A stretch of DNA of 61,473 nucleotides, the filler included, from Basidiobolus meristosporus CBS 931.73 (Eukaryota; Fungi; Basidiobolomycota), in assembly GCA_002104905.1 (NCBI GenBank). It is 4 parts of 4 records of this genome, joined end to end, with 100 filler letters (N's around TTAATTAATTAA, not from the genome) between each part and the next. Parts side by side here need not be neighbours in the genome. Positions count along the whole stretch, not along the records: positions 1 to 28,632 come from MCFE01000879.1; 3 more parts are not named here. One strand, written 5' to 3'. A model generated the notes under the pieces. It did not search any database. It was not told where the DNA came from and saw only the letters and a list, made by a program, of their open reading frames with translations. The translations under genes and the position numbers were made by a program. Each line of letters opens with the position of its first letter. Position 1 is the stretch's first letter. Positions 1 to 13,099 of this stretch are shown here, in pieces.

Positions 1-329
1 CCAAGGCTGATGGTACTTTAAGCGTGACGGTAGGGGGGGGGGAGCGAAAGGTCCCCGACGATTTCTTGAAATATACAAAATCTCCAGACGAGTTTCCATG
101 GATTTCATACGTTTTTTTTAGCGGCATATTCTCTAGTATTTTAGAAACCTGTACTTTTTATCTTTCCATTTAATCCCAATAAACGATGTGATTTTGTGCT
201 ATCTCCAGTTGTGATGACATTAGGCCATCATATTTCTGCCTACCCACTCCACTTGCAACCAAGGATTTGTCGAAAGTAGCAGTGGAACCTTGGAGGTGAC
301 CTGGCATGTTTAGAAGAATTTGTAGTGTC

Positions 330-667
330 TGTTGTAGATTTTGTGTTCACACCTAAATATTTGCACCCATGTGGTCACATCGATTCCAGTCCACGCACTT
401 TCATATTTCTCAACCAAGTTCTGTGCCGGAGGATTATTCACCAGAATGTCAAGTGCCTGGAATACGATATTTCTTCCAGTTATCCAAATCACCCCGAATT
501 TCACACATATCTTTTGGGACCTTCCTAAGCGTATTATATTTACTGGCTTCTCCAAGACCGTATAATGGTGGAAACAAAATTTTTACACTCACAAAGTCGT
601 TAGGTGAAACCAACATAATATACTTGACCTCCTAATCATTTCCAATATCTCTGATATTCTCACAACA
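330..667 (+). repeat. Diverged solo LTR of the window's copia family
   Basis: Bounded by TGTTGTA...CACAACA and colinear with the reverse complement of LTR 1892-2240. Unlike the other copies it retains several CpGs. Confidence 0.7.
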
Positions 668-739
668 CAAAGTACAGTGGCCCTGAATAAACATTGAATA
701 CTCATTGATCATACATCCTGCCATATCAAGATTGCCATG

Positions 740-1500
740 AGGATCTTGAGGATATTAGAAGTGATTGGGAGTACTAGTAGATCATGTGGCTATCACTAGC
801 AATTTGCTGAATGTGAAAGTGGTATTTGTACTATTATATGGCCTAGGCAAAGCAAATATGTGCAATATTTCTAGGATGCTTTGTGGATTTTGTAATTACA
901 CCTAAATACTCACCTAACTGGGTCACTTAGATCATCATCTACAAACCTTAGAGGGAGCTGCCTAATTTACTTGTTGGGACTTAACTAGAATACTTTGACC
1001 ACAATATCAGGTACCCAGAGCATGAAAATATCAAAGCCCTCCAAAGTGTTGTCAAAATTTGTAATTCCAACTAAATATACACCTAACTTAGTCACTTAGA
1101 TCAATACCTACAAATCATAGGGAATACTGACCAAACTCCTTGTCAGGATTTACTTGGAATATTTTCACCAAAATATCAGGTACCAAGAGCATGAAAATTA
1201 GATAAGTTGTCCAAGCAGCCTCAATATTTGTACACCTGTTCTTAGGATCTTCCTAAGCCTATTCTATATGTTTGTAATTCCAAGACCATGTAAAAGTATC
1301 AATACTACTTCTACATTCAATGAATCATGAAGTGAAAATCTCCCAATCTACTTGTCCTCCCAATCACTTCCAATATCTCCAAAATTATTTCAAGTAAATC
1401 CCATCAAGGAATTTGGCCAGTATTCTCTGGGAATTGAAGGTAATGATCTCAGTCACTAAGTTAGGTGATTATTTAGGTGGAATTACAAGTTTTTACAACA
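740..1500. repeat. Pile-up of copia LTR fragments in both orientations
   Basis: Repeated blocks such as cacctaacttagtcacttagatca and ggaagtgattggga match the 349-bp copia LTR. There is a near-full plus copy at about 1047-1385 and partial minus copies at about 740-860 and 1390-1500. Confidence 0.75.
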
Positions 1501-1891
1501 AAGCTGCTAAGAAAATGTGTCTGAGACAAAAAATCTTCACTACAAAGATGCAGCCAGGAGAAGTAATGTAAAATTCAATTGACAGAATAACCCTGCTGGT
1601 GGATGAGATGGAATATGTGGGTGTACCAACTACTGATGAGGATGTGCTAGTCACCATCCTGTATAGCCTGAAAGATAGGTTTTAGGGCCTTGTATCAGCC
1701 CTTGAGTCCAGAACTGAAGATTTGACCTTAAATTACATGTATGGAAGGCTCCTGGTGAAGAATTAAGAAAATCAAGCACCATCAAGAAGGAAGAAGTAAA
1801 TACTTAACAAGAAATGATAACCAACAAAGGAGATACCCAAGACCCTTTAAAGGCAATAGCAAATTGTTTTGCAACTACTGCAAAAGGAAAG
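1501..1891 (+). pseudogene. Copia gag fragment, cut by the LTR at 1892
   Basis: Translates as AAKKMCLRQKIFTTKMQPGE... through to the start of a zinc knuckle (CNYCKRK). It is homologous to the minus-strand gag at 5400-5960. Confidence 0.7.
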
Positions 1892-2240
1892 TGTTGTAAG
1901 AGTATTGGAGATATTGGAAGTGATTGGGAGAACAAGTAGATTATGTGGTTTTCACTTAATGATTTATTGAATGTAAAAGTAGTATTTATACTTTTACCTG
2001 GTCTTGGCATTACAAAAACGTAGAATAAGTTCAGGAAGATCCCAAGAACATGTGTGCAAAGTTTGGGGCTGTTTGGACAACTTTGAGAATTTTCATGTTC
2101 TGGGTTCCTGGTATTTTGGTGAAAATTTTCTAAGTAAATCCCTACAAGGAATTTGGTCAGTATTCTCTAGGATTTGAAGGTAATGATCTAAGTGACTAAG
2201 TTAGGTGAGTACTTAGGTGGAAATACAAATTTTTACAACA
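1892..2240 (-). repeat. Copia 3' LTR
   Basis: Terminal inverted repeat TGTTGTAA/TTACAACA, followed directly by the PPT. Confidence 0.9.
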
Positions 2241-2250
2241 CTCCCACTCA
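2241..2250 (-). other. Polypurine tract of the copia element
   Basis: Reads TGAGTGGGAG on the minus strand and abuts the LTR. A similar tract (cccccactca on plus) follows the LTR ending at 39271. Confidence 0.75.
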
Positions 2251-2259
2251 GTTAAATGT

Positions 2260-3665
2260 TCATACTGACTAGTCCTAATTTTGACCTAAGATATTCAAAC
2301 TTGTCTCTAGCTAATGGTTTGGTAAATATGTCTGCAATCATTTCATCTGTAGGACAGTAAACTAAGCTAACTAAGTTACTCTCTATAGCTTCATGTATGA
2401 AATGATGTCTAATATCTATGTGCTTGGTTCTAGCATGAAAAGTTGGATTTCTACCTAATTGTATACATCCTTGATTATCTTGAAATAAAGTAATAGGTGT
2501 TTTTTGACATAGGCCTAAATCTGTAAAATTTTTTTCTTAACCACATTGCTTCTCTTGTAGCTTCACAGGCTGCCATATACTCTGCCTCTGTGGGGGAAAG
2601 TGCTGCGGTTGATTGCATTCTTGAATTCCATGAAATTGCTCCTTTACAGTAAAGAAAGGTGTATCCTGTGATGGATCTTCTGTCTTCTATATTTTGTCCC
2701 CAATCAGCATCAGAGTATCCCACAAGATCCTGCTCTGAATCCTTATAAGTGTATCTTAAGCAGATATCAGCAGTTCCTTTTAGGTATCTAAAAGTCCGCT
2801 TAACTGCTACAATATGATCAGATCCATAGTTCTGATTATGTTGGCTGACAACTACCACTGAATATGAGATATCTGGACATGTTCCAAGCATAATATACAT
2901 CAGACTGCCGACCATAGATTGATAAGGAAAGTCAGGGCTTTCAGATGGCGCCAAGCTCTCTTGATTTGGTTGAGTTTTGACCAAGATAAGGTTTGTTTCC
3001 ATTGGGTTAGCTGCTGGTTTACAGTCTTCCATTTGGTACTTCATTAGTATATCTTAAGTATACTTGGATTGGCTTAGGGTGATAGTCTGGGTACTTCTGT
3101 CTATGGAGAACTTAATCCCTAAGTAGTAATTAAGTTCTCCTAGATTGGACATCTTGAACTCCTTAGATAGGCTGGATTTAGTCTCTTCCAATGTTTCTAG
3201 GTTATTGGCAGCTATAATAAGATCATCCACATATAGAGCTAATAGAACTGGATTTGCTCTATCTGGCTTATAGTATATACTATAGTCAGCATTACTCCTT
3301 TTGAAACTCAAAGATTCCAAATAAGAATCTATCTTGCAATTCCAGGCTCTTGGTTATAGTTTGAGACCGTATAGTGACTTTTTAAGCTTGCAGGCCAAAT
3401 GGGGGTTATCTTGGTCAACACACCCATCAGGCTGGTCCATATACATGTCCTCATCAAGTTCTCCATTCAAAAATGCAGTTTTACATCCATTTGATGAACA
3501 AAAAACTTATATTTGGCTGCAATAGCCAATATTAATCTGATGAAATTAAACTTGGCTACTGGTGCAAAGGTCTCAGTATAGTCAAGTCCTTTTGTTTGAG
3601 AGTATCCTTTGGCTACAAGTCTTGCTTTGTATCTTTCAGTTGTGCCATCAGCCTTGTATTTTGTC
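2260..3665 (-). pseudogene. Copia reverse transcriptase / RNase H (disrupted)
   Basis: ORFs 3054-3320 (ALYVDDLII, MSNLGELNYYLGI) and 2475-3044 (YQSMVGSLMY, GYSDADW, AISWNSR, EAEYMA). Confidence 0.9.
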
Positions 3666-3673
3666 TTGAAGAC

Positions 3674-5274
3674 TCATCTGCATCCAATTGATTTTTGGTT
3701 AATTGGTAATTTGACCAAGTCCCAAGTTTGATTTTCCATCAGGGCCTGATATTCCTCAGTCATTGCAGATCTCCAAGACTTTGTCTGAGGGCTATTTAGG
3801 GCCTCTTTTACAGTCTGGGGTTCATCAATATGGACTGAATAGGCATAGGCTAAGTTTGTACCCTTATTGATATAATAATTTGGACTATTTCTTGTCCAAT
3901 TGGATCTCCAGGCATTTGATACTGGAATGATCACTTCTGGGATATTCCTGGGCATTGATTCTGGCTGAACCACAGCTGTTGAGTCCTCTGGAGTGAAAAA
4001 ATTCTCATTGTTTTGCTCTGATTCAATCCTGACAATTGGTGGACTTGAGATCAAATTTTTGTCATCATCTGATGTCATTTTTTGTGAAAATTCTGAATTT
4101 TCATCAAACAACACATCCCTGGACTTGATCAGCTTCTTTGCTTTGGTACTGTAGAGTCTGTATGCCTTACTCTCATTGCAGTAGCCCAAAAATATGCATT
4201 TTACACTTTTTGGCTCAAATTTTGACTTATTTCCGGCCAGTTTTTTGGCATATGCTATACACCCAAATATTCTTAGATGTTCTGCACTTGGTCTGTATCC
4301 ATACCATGCTTCAAATGGAGTAGAATCACAAAGTATTCTATTGTAACTCCTATTTTTAAGGTATACAGCTGTGGCAACCAATTCCGCCCAAAAATCATAG
4401 GATAATTTTTGATCATGGATCATAGATCTTGCCATATCAGTTATTGATCTGTTAGTATTTTCTGCTACTCCATTTTGCTGTGGGGAGTATGGTACAGTAG
4501 TCTCTTACTTTATCCCATGAATTTTGCAGAAGTGGATGAAGAGTTTTGAGGTATATTCTCCACCAATGTCAGAGTGTATATTCCTGATTTTTTCACCAGT
4601 TTCTCTCTCAACCATGGCTTTAAACTCCCTGAACTTAGACAGAGCTTCTTCCTTTCTCTCAATGAAGTAGACCCATGTGTATCTTGTATAATCATCAATA
4701 AAAGTGATTAAATACTTCATCCCACCTAAGGATAAATTTTCCATAGGTCCACACAGATCTGAGTGAATTAGATCAAATTTTTTCTTAGTTTTGATTAACT
4801 CAGAGCTCTTGAACAGTTGGCTGGCTTGTTTCCCATATATGCAGGCTTCACAGTGCTCCAAATTAGCTGGGGGATCAACTTTCACACCAGAAATTAGCTG
4901 ATCTTTGAACATTTTACGCAAATAATCAAAATTGATGTGTCCAAAGCACCATTTTGATCAGTGATCCTGCATCCAGAATTGTCAAAACTGAAACTGAGTC
5001 CTTCTGGTGTGGCCTTGCTTACAGAGAGTAGGTTCTTGGCTATTTCTGGTACATAGAGTACTTCTTTAAAGGTCAGTGTATTGCTTCCTTCACAGCTTCT
5101 AAGGTTTACTTGGATAGTTCCTTCTCCCACTGCATCAAGTGTTCTATTTTCACCCCTGAAAACCTTCTTGATTGGAATTTCTTGATATTGGGTAAGAAGT
5201 TCTTTTTGGTGAGTAAAGTGTTGAGATGCTCCAGAGTCAATATACCACATCTGAGAGTCCTTGTTTGTGGTCAT
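3674..5274 (-). pseudogene. Copia protease / GAG-pre-integrase / integrase (disrupted)
   Basis: ORFs 4894-5274 (WYIDSGAS), 4505-4921 (CEACIYGKQ, HSDLCGP, FIDDYTR) and 3674-4435 (FWAELVATAVYLKNR, IFLGY). Confidence 0.9.
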
Positions 5275-6290
5275 ATTTAGTGCAGATATGAATAGCCTAT
5301 CTTCAGTTGTTGCAGCATTTCCATATTCAGGCTTATTTTGCTGATTATCTCTCTTCTTGAGACACCAGTCTGACGTGTGTCCTTTGCTTTTGCAGTAGTT
5401 GCAAAACAGGTTGCTGTTGCCTTTGTAGGGTCTTGGGTAACTCCTTTGTTAGTTATCACTGCTTATTAAAGCATTTTCTTCTTCCTTCTTATTGGCACTT
5501 GATTTTCTTAATTCCTCATCCAGAAGCCTTCCATAAACATCATTTAAGGTCAAATCTTCAGTTCTGGACTCTGGGGCTGATACAAGGCCTTGAAACCTGT
5601 CTTTCAGGCTATTCAGGATGGTAACTATCACATCTTCATCAGTAGTCAGTATGCCCACAGATTCCATCTCATCTACTAGCAGGGTAATTCTGTTACTTAG
5701 ATTTTCTATTTTTCTCCTGGCAGCATCTTTGTAGTACAGAATTTTTGTCTCAGATACATTTTCTTAACAGTAGACATTACAGAGAGTGACAGCTTGGGGC
5801 TCATGACCTGTTGTAAGAGTATTGGAGATATTGGAAGTGACTGGGAGAACAAGTAGATTATGAGGTTTTTACTTAATGATTTATCAAATGTAAAAGTAGT
5901 ATTTCTTCTCCTGGCAGCATCTTTGTAGTAAAGAATTTTTGTCTCAAATACATTTTCTTAGCAGCAGAACATGAATGGTAGGTGTCTTCTAATGCTTTCC
6001 AGGCATTCATTGCTGTTTTGGCTCTTGAGCATTGAACTAACAGATTGTCTTTAACATTAAGGCAAATGCAGTTAGAGGCACTTTGTTCTTTCTTCCAGTA
6101 CTTGAAGGCTTCCGCTCCCACATTTTTAGGAGGGCATTCTTCTCCCATGACAGTATCCCAAAGAGCTCTTTCTTGTAGCAGCATCTTCATCTTCACCTTC
6201 CACACTTGGTAGTTAGATCCATCCATCTTTTTAGCAGGGGGGAAAACTCCAGCAATAGCAGTGGCAGACATTGCAGAGAGTGACAGCTTG

Positions 6291-6302
6291 GGGCTCATAA
6301 CC
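6291..6302 (-). promoter_or_regulatory. Copia primer-binding site complementary to the anticodon arm of initiator tRNA-Met (half-tRNA type)
   Basis: Reads GGTTATGAGCCC directly after the LTR. The plus strand GGGCTCATAACC is the iMet anticodon stem-loop sequence. It recurs at 37399-37410 and, with one change, just left of 5809. Confidence 0.85.
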
Positions 6303-6651
6303 AATTGTAAGAGTCTTGGAGATATTGGAAGTGATTGGGAGGACAAGTAGCTTATATGGTTTTCACTTGACAATTTATTGAATTTAAAAGTAGTATTTAT
6401 ACTTTTACATGGTCTTGGCATTACAAACACATAAAATAGGTTAAAAAAGGTCTCAAGAACATGAGTTCCAAGCTTGGGGCTATTTGGACAACTTTAAGAA
6501 TTTTTATGTTCTGGGTATATAGTATTTTGGTGAAAATATTCTAAGTAAATCCCAACAGAGAATTTGCTCAGCATTCTCTAGGATTTGAAGGTAATGATCT
6601 AAGTGACTAAGTTAGATGATTATTTAGGTGGAATTACAATTTTTTACAACA
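6303..6651 (-). repeat. Copia 5' LTR
   Basis: Colinear with 1892-2240 but visibly diverged (roughly 85-90% identical by eye). Confidence 0.88.
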
Positions 6652-9600
6652 GAAATTGGCTTGTGACCAGGAGAAGCCTGGTATACTTTGGCAAAGTTGT
6701 CCTATTATAAATTAGCTGCTTGTTGCACCCAACCTAACTTTGCATTATCTAACTACCTACCCATGCATTGGGGCTGCTCAGCTTCATAATGCTATAGGCA
6801 TAAGTGTTGCCATGGACACATCTGTCTTCAGTATTTTCCTACTCTTCCTGGCTGTCCTCCATGTGCCAAATCATCACATCCACAACAGACTTGAAGATAA
6901 TATTCTTGAGGAGATTGGGATATGGTAGTACCTACAACTTGATTTGTCTTCCTATCTTCCAACACTTCTGCGCCATAGGAAACACCCAAAAGGTGATGCA
7001 AGGACCAACATTTTCTGTTCACAAAGCACAAAGGAGTAGAGAACAGATACAATAGCAGCAGTGATCTACTCATTCAGTTTTAGGCTTTTATTATAGCTGC
7101 TCATCTCTCATAACAAACTCCTTGCATAAAAGCTGTAGATGCATCAAGTTGGCATTGATGATCTGCTTCTGGATAAATATTCTAATAATATCAACATAGG
7201 ACTCCCAATGCTTCTGATGTACTGTTATTAGAAATGGCTTCAGAAGGCCACTTAAATAAATACTTATCCAGCTCATCCAGCCCTTGCATTTGTATTGTTG
7301 CATGTGAGTATGGGTATTGCTTGGAGCCTGTGAAATGTACTTTGGGTAGTGGATGCTCTGTAATATCTAGCCAGTTCATTGTAATTTCCCCAATATCTCA
7401 AAGGGATCATCCAGCTTGCAATACCCCATGTACAACTTGGTCATTAGTATAAGGATAATGTTGAAAAGTAAATGCATTACTCTCAGCAGAGAGCTTTTGC
7501 TCAAACGGATACCCACTATCTTGTGTGTTGCTGGTTTCCAATTGAGTCCACATTCTGGCCATTGGCTTATAGCTTACCAGCTTTGCTACAATTCAATGCT
7601 GACTTCTATACATTCTCTGTGTGGGAAGAAGATGTTCTTAGTGCTGGTGTTTGAATAATTACAATGTAAATGAGTTATAGAGTTAATCCCCTGGTTCTCA
7701 CAAATTTAACAGTAATATGCTCCATTGTGCCCAGATAAGCCAGCTATTTTACTGACAGCTAAGATATCTGCAATGTAGATAGTAATATGCTCTTTGATAT
7801 GATGGTCATTAAGTAGTATCCCACGGAAATGCATACAAAATGCATCAAGCAATGGGTAGAGGTAGCTGTCCAGGTTGGATAGTGGTTTAGGCCCAGACAC
7901 CAGTGAGAGTGCCATTGGATTTCTGCTCAGATACTGCAGGATAGGTGGCAGGTTGAGGTTGATGAGAACCAGCAGCCATATGGATTTGCTGGTAGAGTAC
8001 TTCTTAAAAGAGAGTCTATCAAGTTCCATGGCAAAGGCATAGTCATGCATACCTTCAAGCTGGCTCTTACTTCATAATTTTTTGTAATGCTTGCTCTCAA
8101 GTATACTTGATATGTTTGCACTTAATTGATACTGAGTGTGGTACTTTCTACCATCACAATGTTTGCCAGATTGCATAAACTTCTTTAGATAGGGTATTAT
8201 TGGACCATATCTGGAGTGTAAACAATACTCTCCTCTTGTGGTGGTGGTTTCCTGACAAGTTTGACACCTTGCAATGGTGGCATTTTTGGAGGTGAATGTC
8301 ATGCAACTAACATCACATGCTTGTATCAGGACTTTCTATGGGTCATATGTTGCCAGCTGCATGATGGTTGTCCACTTGAACCATGTGCATGGTAAGTTAC
8401 ATCCTGGAATGATTATGGCAGAAAGTAGCAGTATATCCTCAAAGCCCCTATCACTGATACTTGTGGAAACTTACCATTTCTCTAGCCACCACAATACATC
8501 ATTCACTGGTAAATGGATTACTGAGCTCTCTTGGCTCCATAGAGTATCTTTGGCACTTTTTCTCATAGGTGTTGTCTCATCACATATTGGGATTTGGCTG
8601 GACACATGTTGAGTATTGTTGTGAAGGGAGATAGTTCACAATTAATTGGTGAGCCTTTTCTTCAGAGCTATCACTTCAAGTCCCATATTTAGAAGGCTGA
8701 GGTGAGTCTAAAGGCATCACAAACTCACAGGACTCAATTTGCCCAAGGTGCTAGGTACAGCAAGGTGGCAACTTAGAAGTGCCAAGCAGCCGCCAAGATA
8801 TTGTTGGTACAGTAATGACTAATGAATGGTCAATTATGACTTGTGTAGCAATGCACTGTTTGTGATACTTGTAATACTTCCTAGGCTGTCTGTGTGCTTT
8901 ATGGCTGAGAGGCTTGTCACAACAGCCACATGGTCTTTTTTCTCTTCTATTATGGTGTTGAGTCATAGTAGTATTCTTTATGGGGCAAACAGCTTGACAC
9001 TCAACAATGTAACACCATTGTAATACTTTTTTGTCAATTATAATTCAAATTTCAGTCAGTATTATGTTTTAGACATTGCATCTACAAGATTGTAAGATTC
9101 AATGATGACCCGCCACAGTAAGCATAATCAACACAGTTGTGGCACCGCATACACATGTATATGTAACACTATGTCCCCCTTGTTTGACTCACTTCAATAT
9201 ATGTGCTGTCAAATTAATGCAGAGTTGCCTGGTCCCAACCAAGCCTCACCACTGACAGCAGCAGAAGAAATGTTGGACAACAACTTGCTTTGATGTTGGG
9301 TATAACAAGCAGGGCTACACCCAAAAATGACCAAGATGTCAGTTTGCCTTCTGAGGGTAAAAATGCTGACTCTATAGGCTCCAAGTAAACTAGGCAATTG
9401 AGAATCTCTGCAGGGCTGCAAGTTGTTTGTAATGACCAGGTTGATGAGAATGTAGCAAATGCAGTGCTTTTGGTTGAAGACCAGTAAGTGTCAGTCATAA
9501 CATCATCATTACCTGTGTTAGCAAGTATGTTTTAGCTTATAGCAAAGCACTAACAAGGCAATCAGGCATATTGGCTGATAGAATAGATGCAATGGCCCAG

Positions 9601-11400
9601 AGAAATCAGGGAATAGACCAGAAACCGGATGAGCAGATGATACCTGTAGAGCAATCAATATCCCAGGTAGAGAAAGCAGTATCTTTGCAGCAAAAATGGA
9701 ACTCAATTAGTTTAATGTCACAGACAAGAATTAAGCATTTCCCAATCTAACAGCAGAAGAACACTGTACAGTCTTTGAAGCACAACTACATTGTCTAAAT
9801 ATAAATCCAACAGAAATACTTAGCACTGCATGTGAGGGAGAAGCTATGATATTTATACCCAGGCCTAAAAATCAAAGACATTGATGATCCATGAAGCCAT
9901 TGAGTGCGCTGAAAAAGGGTAGGCTCTTAATACAAGAATCACTTAGTCACAGCAGCTGTGAAGGACTTGACAGTAATAAAAACCCATAGCTCTCTCAGGA
10001 GTGCATCACAAGCAAGGCAGGAAGCACTAAGCAAGCAGTAAAGAGATGCCAGGTTGCCAATAAAGTGCTGGCAAGGGACAAATAGGCCAAAATAGATGTA
10101 TTGGCTCAGCATTCATCAAGGAGAAAACAGTGTTCAGCACAAGAGGCCCTTAGTTGCATTAGCAGTGAAGGACTTGACAGTGATAAAGCCCATGGCTTTC
10201 TCAGGAGCCTGTCACAAGCTATGCTGAAAGTTCCAAGCTGGTGACAAAGTAATATGCATTGCTGGGACAAGCAGGCAAAGATAGATTCATCAGTGCAGCA
10301 TTTGGCAAGGAGAAAACTGAGTACAATGTAAGAGAGACTCAGTCAAAGTAGCACTGAAAGACTTGGTAGTGATAAAGGTAAAGGTGAAGAGGAAAAGGTC
10401 CACCCAGTCCACAGACAGGGAAGTGTGAGAAAAAAAGTCAGTTCTCACCAACTAGTGGTGTCAGCCTAGAACAGGCAAAATCCCAGCATAGCCAAGAAGA
10501 ATTGCCTACAAGACAAAAGCTGTTTTCTTGAATGTTGGAAGTGCAGCCAGTTGAACTACACTCCAGTGAGGGAGTTGAGTTTACGGAGAAAAGCAATTTG
10601 TCTACCACTGCCTTGTCATCCTGCATTTTAGGCAGAGTGGAGATCCCACTGACAGATAAAGCAGCAATGTAAAGAACCCAAAAGATTATCACTAAGCCTA
10701 CAGAGAAATTTTGGAATGTTAATAGGCACACCAAGAGGTTGCAACACTTCTTCAAGAACAGTGCTCAAGAAAATGCACTATAATATTGCAAATAGTCATT
10801 GCAAAGACTGGCAGATGAGGGGCTAGAGCTTGCAGTGCAGGCTGAAGACCAAGACATATGGGAATCTGCAAAGGAATAGTAGCACAATGCACAGGGTTCC
10901 TGGCAAAGTCATGAAAAAAGGGCAATACAGTATAAATACTTATTATATGATGGATTTTGATAGAGTTACTTGTTGAGTGTGGGGTTGGGCTTTAGGTTGG
11001 TGTTGGGTATAGGGACTTACATAGGTTAATATAATTGGCAATCAAGCTAGAGCTGGAGTTTCAAGGGAAATAAATCAATCAGTTTGGTCAGGAAAAGCAC
11101 AGTGCAAAAAGCGGCAATAGCCAATCAAGGTATGCAAACATAGGTAGAGATTTTGTGTCTTGGATTAGCAAGTGAGAGAGATGGCAGTGGACCAATCAGA
11201 AGCCACTTGTGTACTGCTGTGATGCAAAAATTCTGGCCAAGTATTTTGTGAAATCTGTGGTGCAATGACTTTTCAACTGTCCTTACACAAAGTCCTGATG
11301 GGATCAGTACTTCTTGGTCATGGGACTTTGACTCTATGAAGGCCTCTTTATGGTATTATCACAGCTTTTTTTCATAGGGTAAGGAGCTTATCAAGAATTG
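6652..11400 (-). mobile_element. Degenerate CACTA/En-Spm DNA transposon, copy A (Tnp2-type transposase on minus, second ORF on plus)
   Basis: ORF 7706-8050 (FAMELD..., LINLNLPP, VSGPKP.NLDSYLYPLLD, ADI...AGLSGHNGAYYC) matches transposase family Tnp2. The region is colinear with 40445-49082. Termini were not resolved. Confidence 0.8.
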
Positions 11401-11759
11401 GTGGTAATAGTCCAACTATTATTCATTGCTAAATAAGCATTGTGTTTAAGCCTTTATCAATGCTATGCAACTGTATCACTAAGTTAAGAGAGCATCTAAA
11501 TATGTGGTATCAAGCTCTAACAGTTACAGGGCTAATATATGTAATGCTTGGTTATAGTGTCAAGCTGATCATTAATTTAAGAAAATATTCATGCAATTAT
11601 AGATCTGGAAAAAAGTGGCAAAGTTAGGGCAGTATATAGTACAATAATGACTAAGACTAGTCCAGAGCTGCTGAATGAACCTAAATAGTCAAATATCTTA
11701 GCACTCCACTTCAGGAAATGATATACTTGTTTCAATCTGTTGCTTAGCTTTCTGAGCTG

Positions 11760-13090
11760 GGCCCAGCAAACAATATAATTAATATATCTGCCACCATTTT
11801 GTCAGATGGAAAGAAAACTAAAATGGCCAAGCCATTTTGTACAGCTTGTCAAACAAAGTGATGGAGTAGAAGTGGATATAGAGTTTTGGTGTATATACTC
11901 TACCATTCACAGAACATATTTTCTTGATTCTCTCACCAATTGCACTCTGTGCCACGGCTTTAAGCACACTGAGCTTAGACCAGGGCTTCTTCCTTCTTTC
12001 CATGGAGTAGACCCATTTGAATCTTGTATATTCTTCAATAAATGTAATTTGCTACTTCTTCCAGCCCAACATCAACTTCATAATAATCCACAGAGCTCTG
12101 AGTGAATTAGCCCTTAGTTTTCTTTGTTGTACCTAATAAAGAGCTCTTCAGCAGCTGTCTGGCATATTTCCCATAAAAGCAGGCTTTGCAGTGCTCCAAA
12201 TTTGCTGGGGGATCAGTTTGTGTTCCAGAAGATAGCAAATCTTGGACCTTTTTGTACATGTACTTAACATTAATGTGCACATCTCCTCTGCCAAAGCAGT
12301 GGTGCTTCTTCCCTGAAACTATTTACATTGGCTCCCAGATATTATACAATTTAAGTCAACTTGTATAGACTCTGATCTTTGATACCTTAAGAAATATGGA
12401 ACTCAATTATCAAGTGTTCTATTGTAACCCATCAAAACATATATGATTGGAATATCATGATATTGGGTGAAACCTTTTTTTTGGTGTTTTACACATTGGG
12501 ATGCTCTTGAATAGATCTACCATATCTGAGAGTTCTTATTTGTGGGGATTATCCATTCTGATATGAATAGTCTATCTTAAGTTGTTATAGCTTTGAGTAT
12601 TATCTCTTTTATGGGGCATCAGTCCAATAAATATCCTTTCCTTTTGCATTGGTTGCGAAATAGGTTGTTGTTGCCTCTGAAGGGTCTTGGTACCTCCTTT
12701 GTTGGTTATCATTGATTATTAAGTCAATCTCATCATCCTTTTGGTATGCACTTGATTCTCCTCATTCTTCATTGAGGAGCCTTTAATATATGTAATATTA
12801 GCTCAAATTCTCAGTTAGGGACTCTAGCACTGATACAAGGCCCTGGAACCTATAGGTCAGGGTATATAGGATGGCAATTATGGATCCTCATCAGTAATTG
12901 GTATGCCCACAGATTCCAGCTAATTAACCAGCAGGGTAATTACATCTATTAGTTTTTCATTTCTTAGCCTGGTTGCGTGCTTGTAGTAAAGAATTGTTGC
13001 TTGAGAGACATCTTCATAGCAGCTGAACATCACTGGTTAGTGCCTCCTAATACCTTCCAAACATTCTTTGTTACTTTTACTTTTGAGCAT
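11760..13090 (-). mobile_element. Older, heavily decayed copia gag-protease-integrase relic
   Basis: Blocks align to 4740-6050, for example tttgcagtgctccaaatttgctggggga and ggttgttgttgcctctgaagggtcttgg. Confidence 0.7.
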
Positions 13091-13099
13091 TGAATAAAC

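Larger units (their letters stand above)
1892..6651 (-). mobile_element. Degenerate near-full-length Ty1/copia LTR retrotransposon
   Basis: It has two 349-bp LTRs (1892-2240 and 6303-6651; TGTTGTAA...TTACAACA), a PPT and a PBS. Domain order is gag, protease (WYIDSGASQH), integrase (IHSDLCGP...SDIGGEY), RT (LYVDDL), RNase H (GYSDADW), which is the copia order. Many stops and frameshifts are present. Confidence 0.92.

Noticed and set aside
6291-6302. tRNA gene suggested by the GGGCTCATAACC anticodon loop
   Set aside because: Only 12 nt match and no cloverleaf surrounds it. It is the retroelement PBS. No tRNA or rRNA gene was found in the window.
1887-6656. GAAAG / GAAAT as TSD of the copia element
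   Set aside because: Only 4/5 match, and the two flanks belong to different elements (copia gag versus CACTA), so the target is not contiguous.
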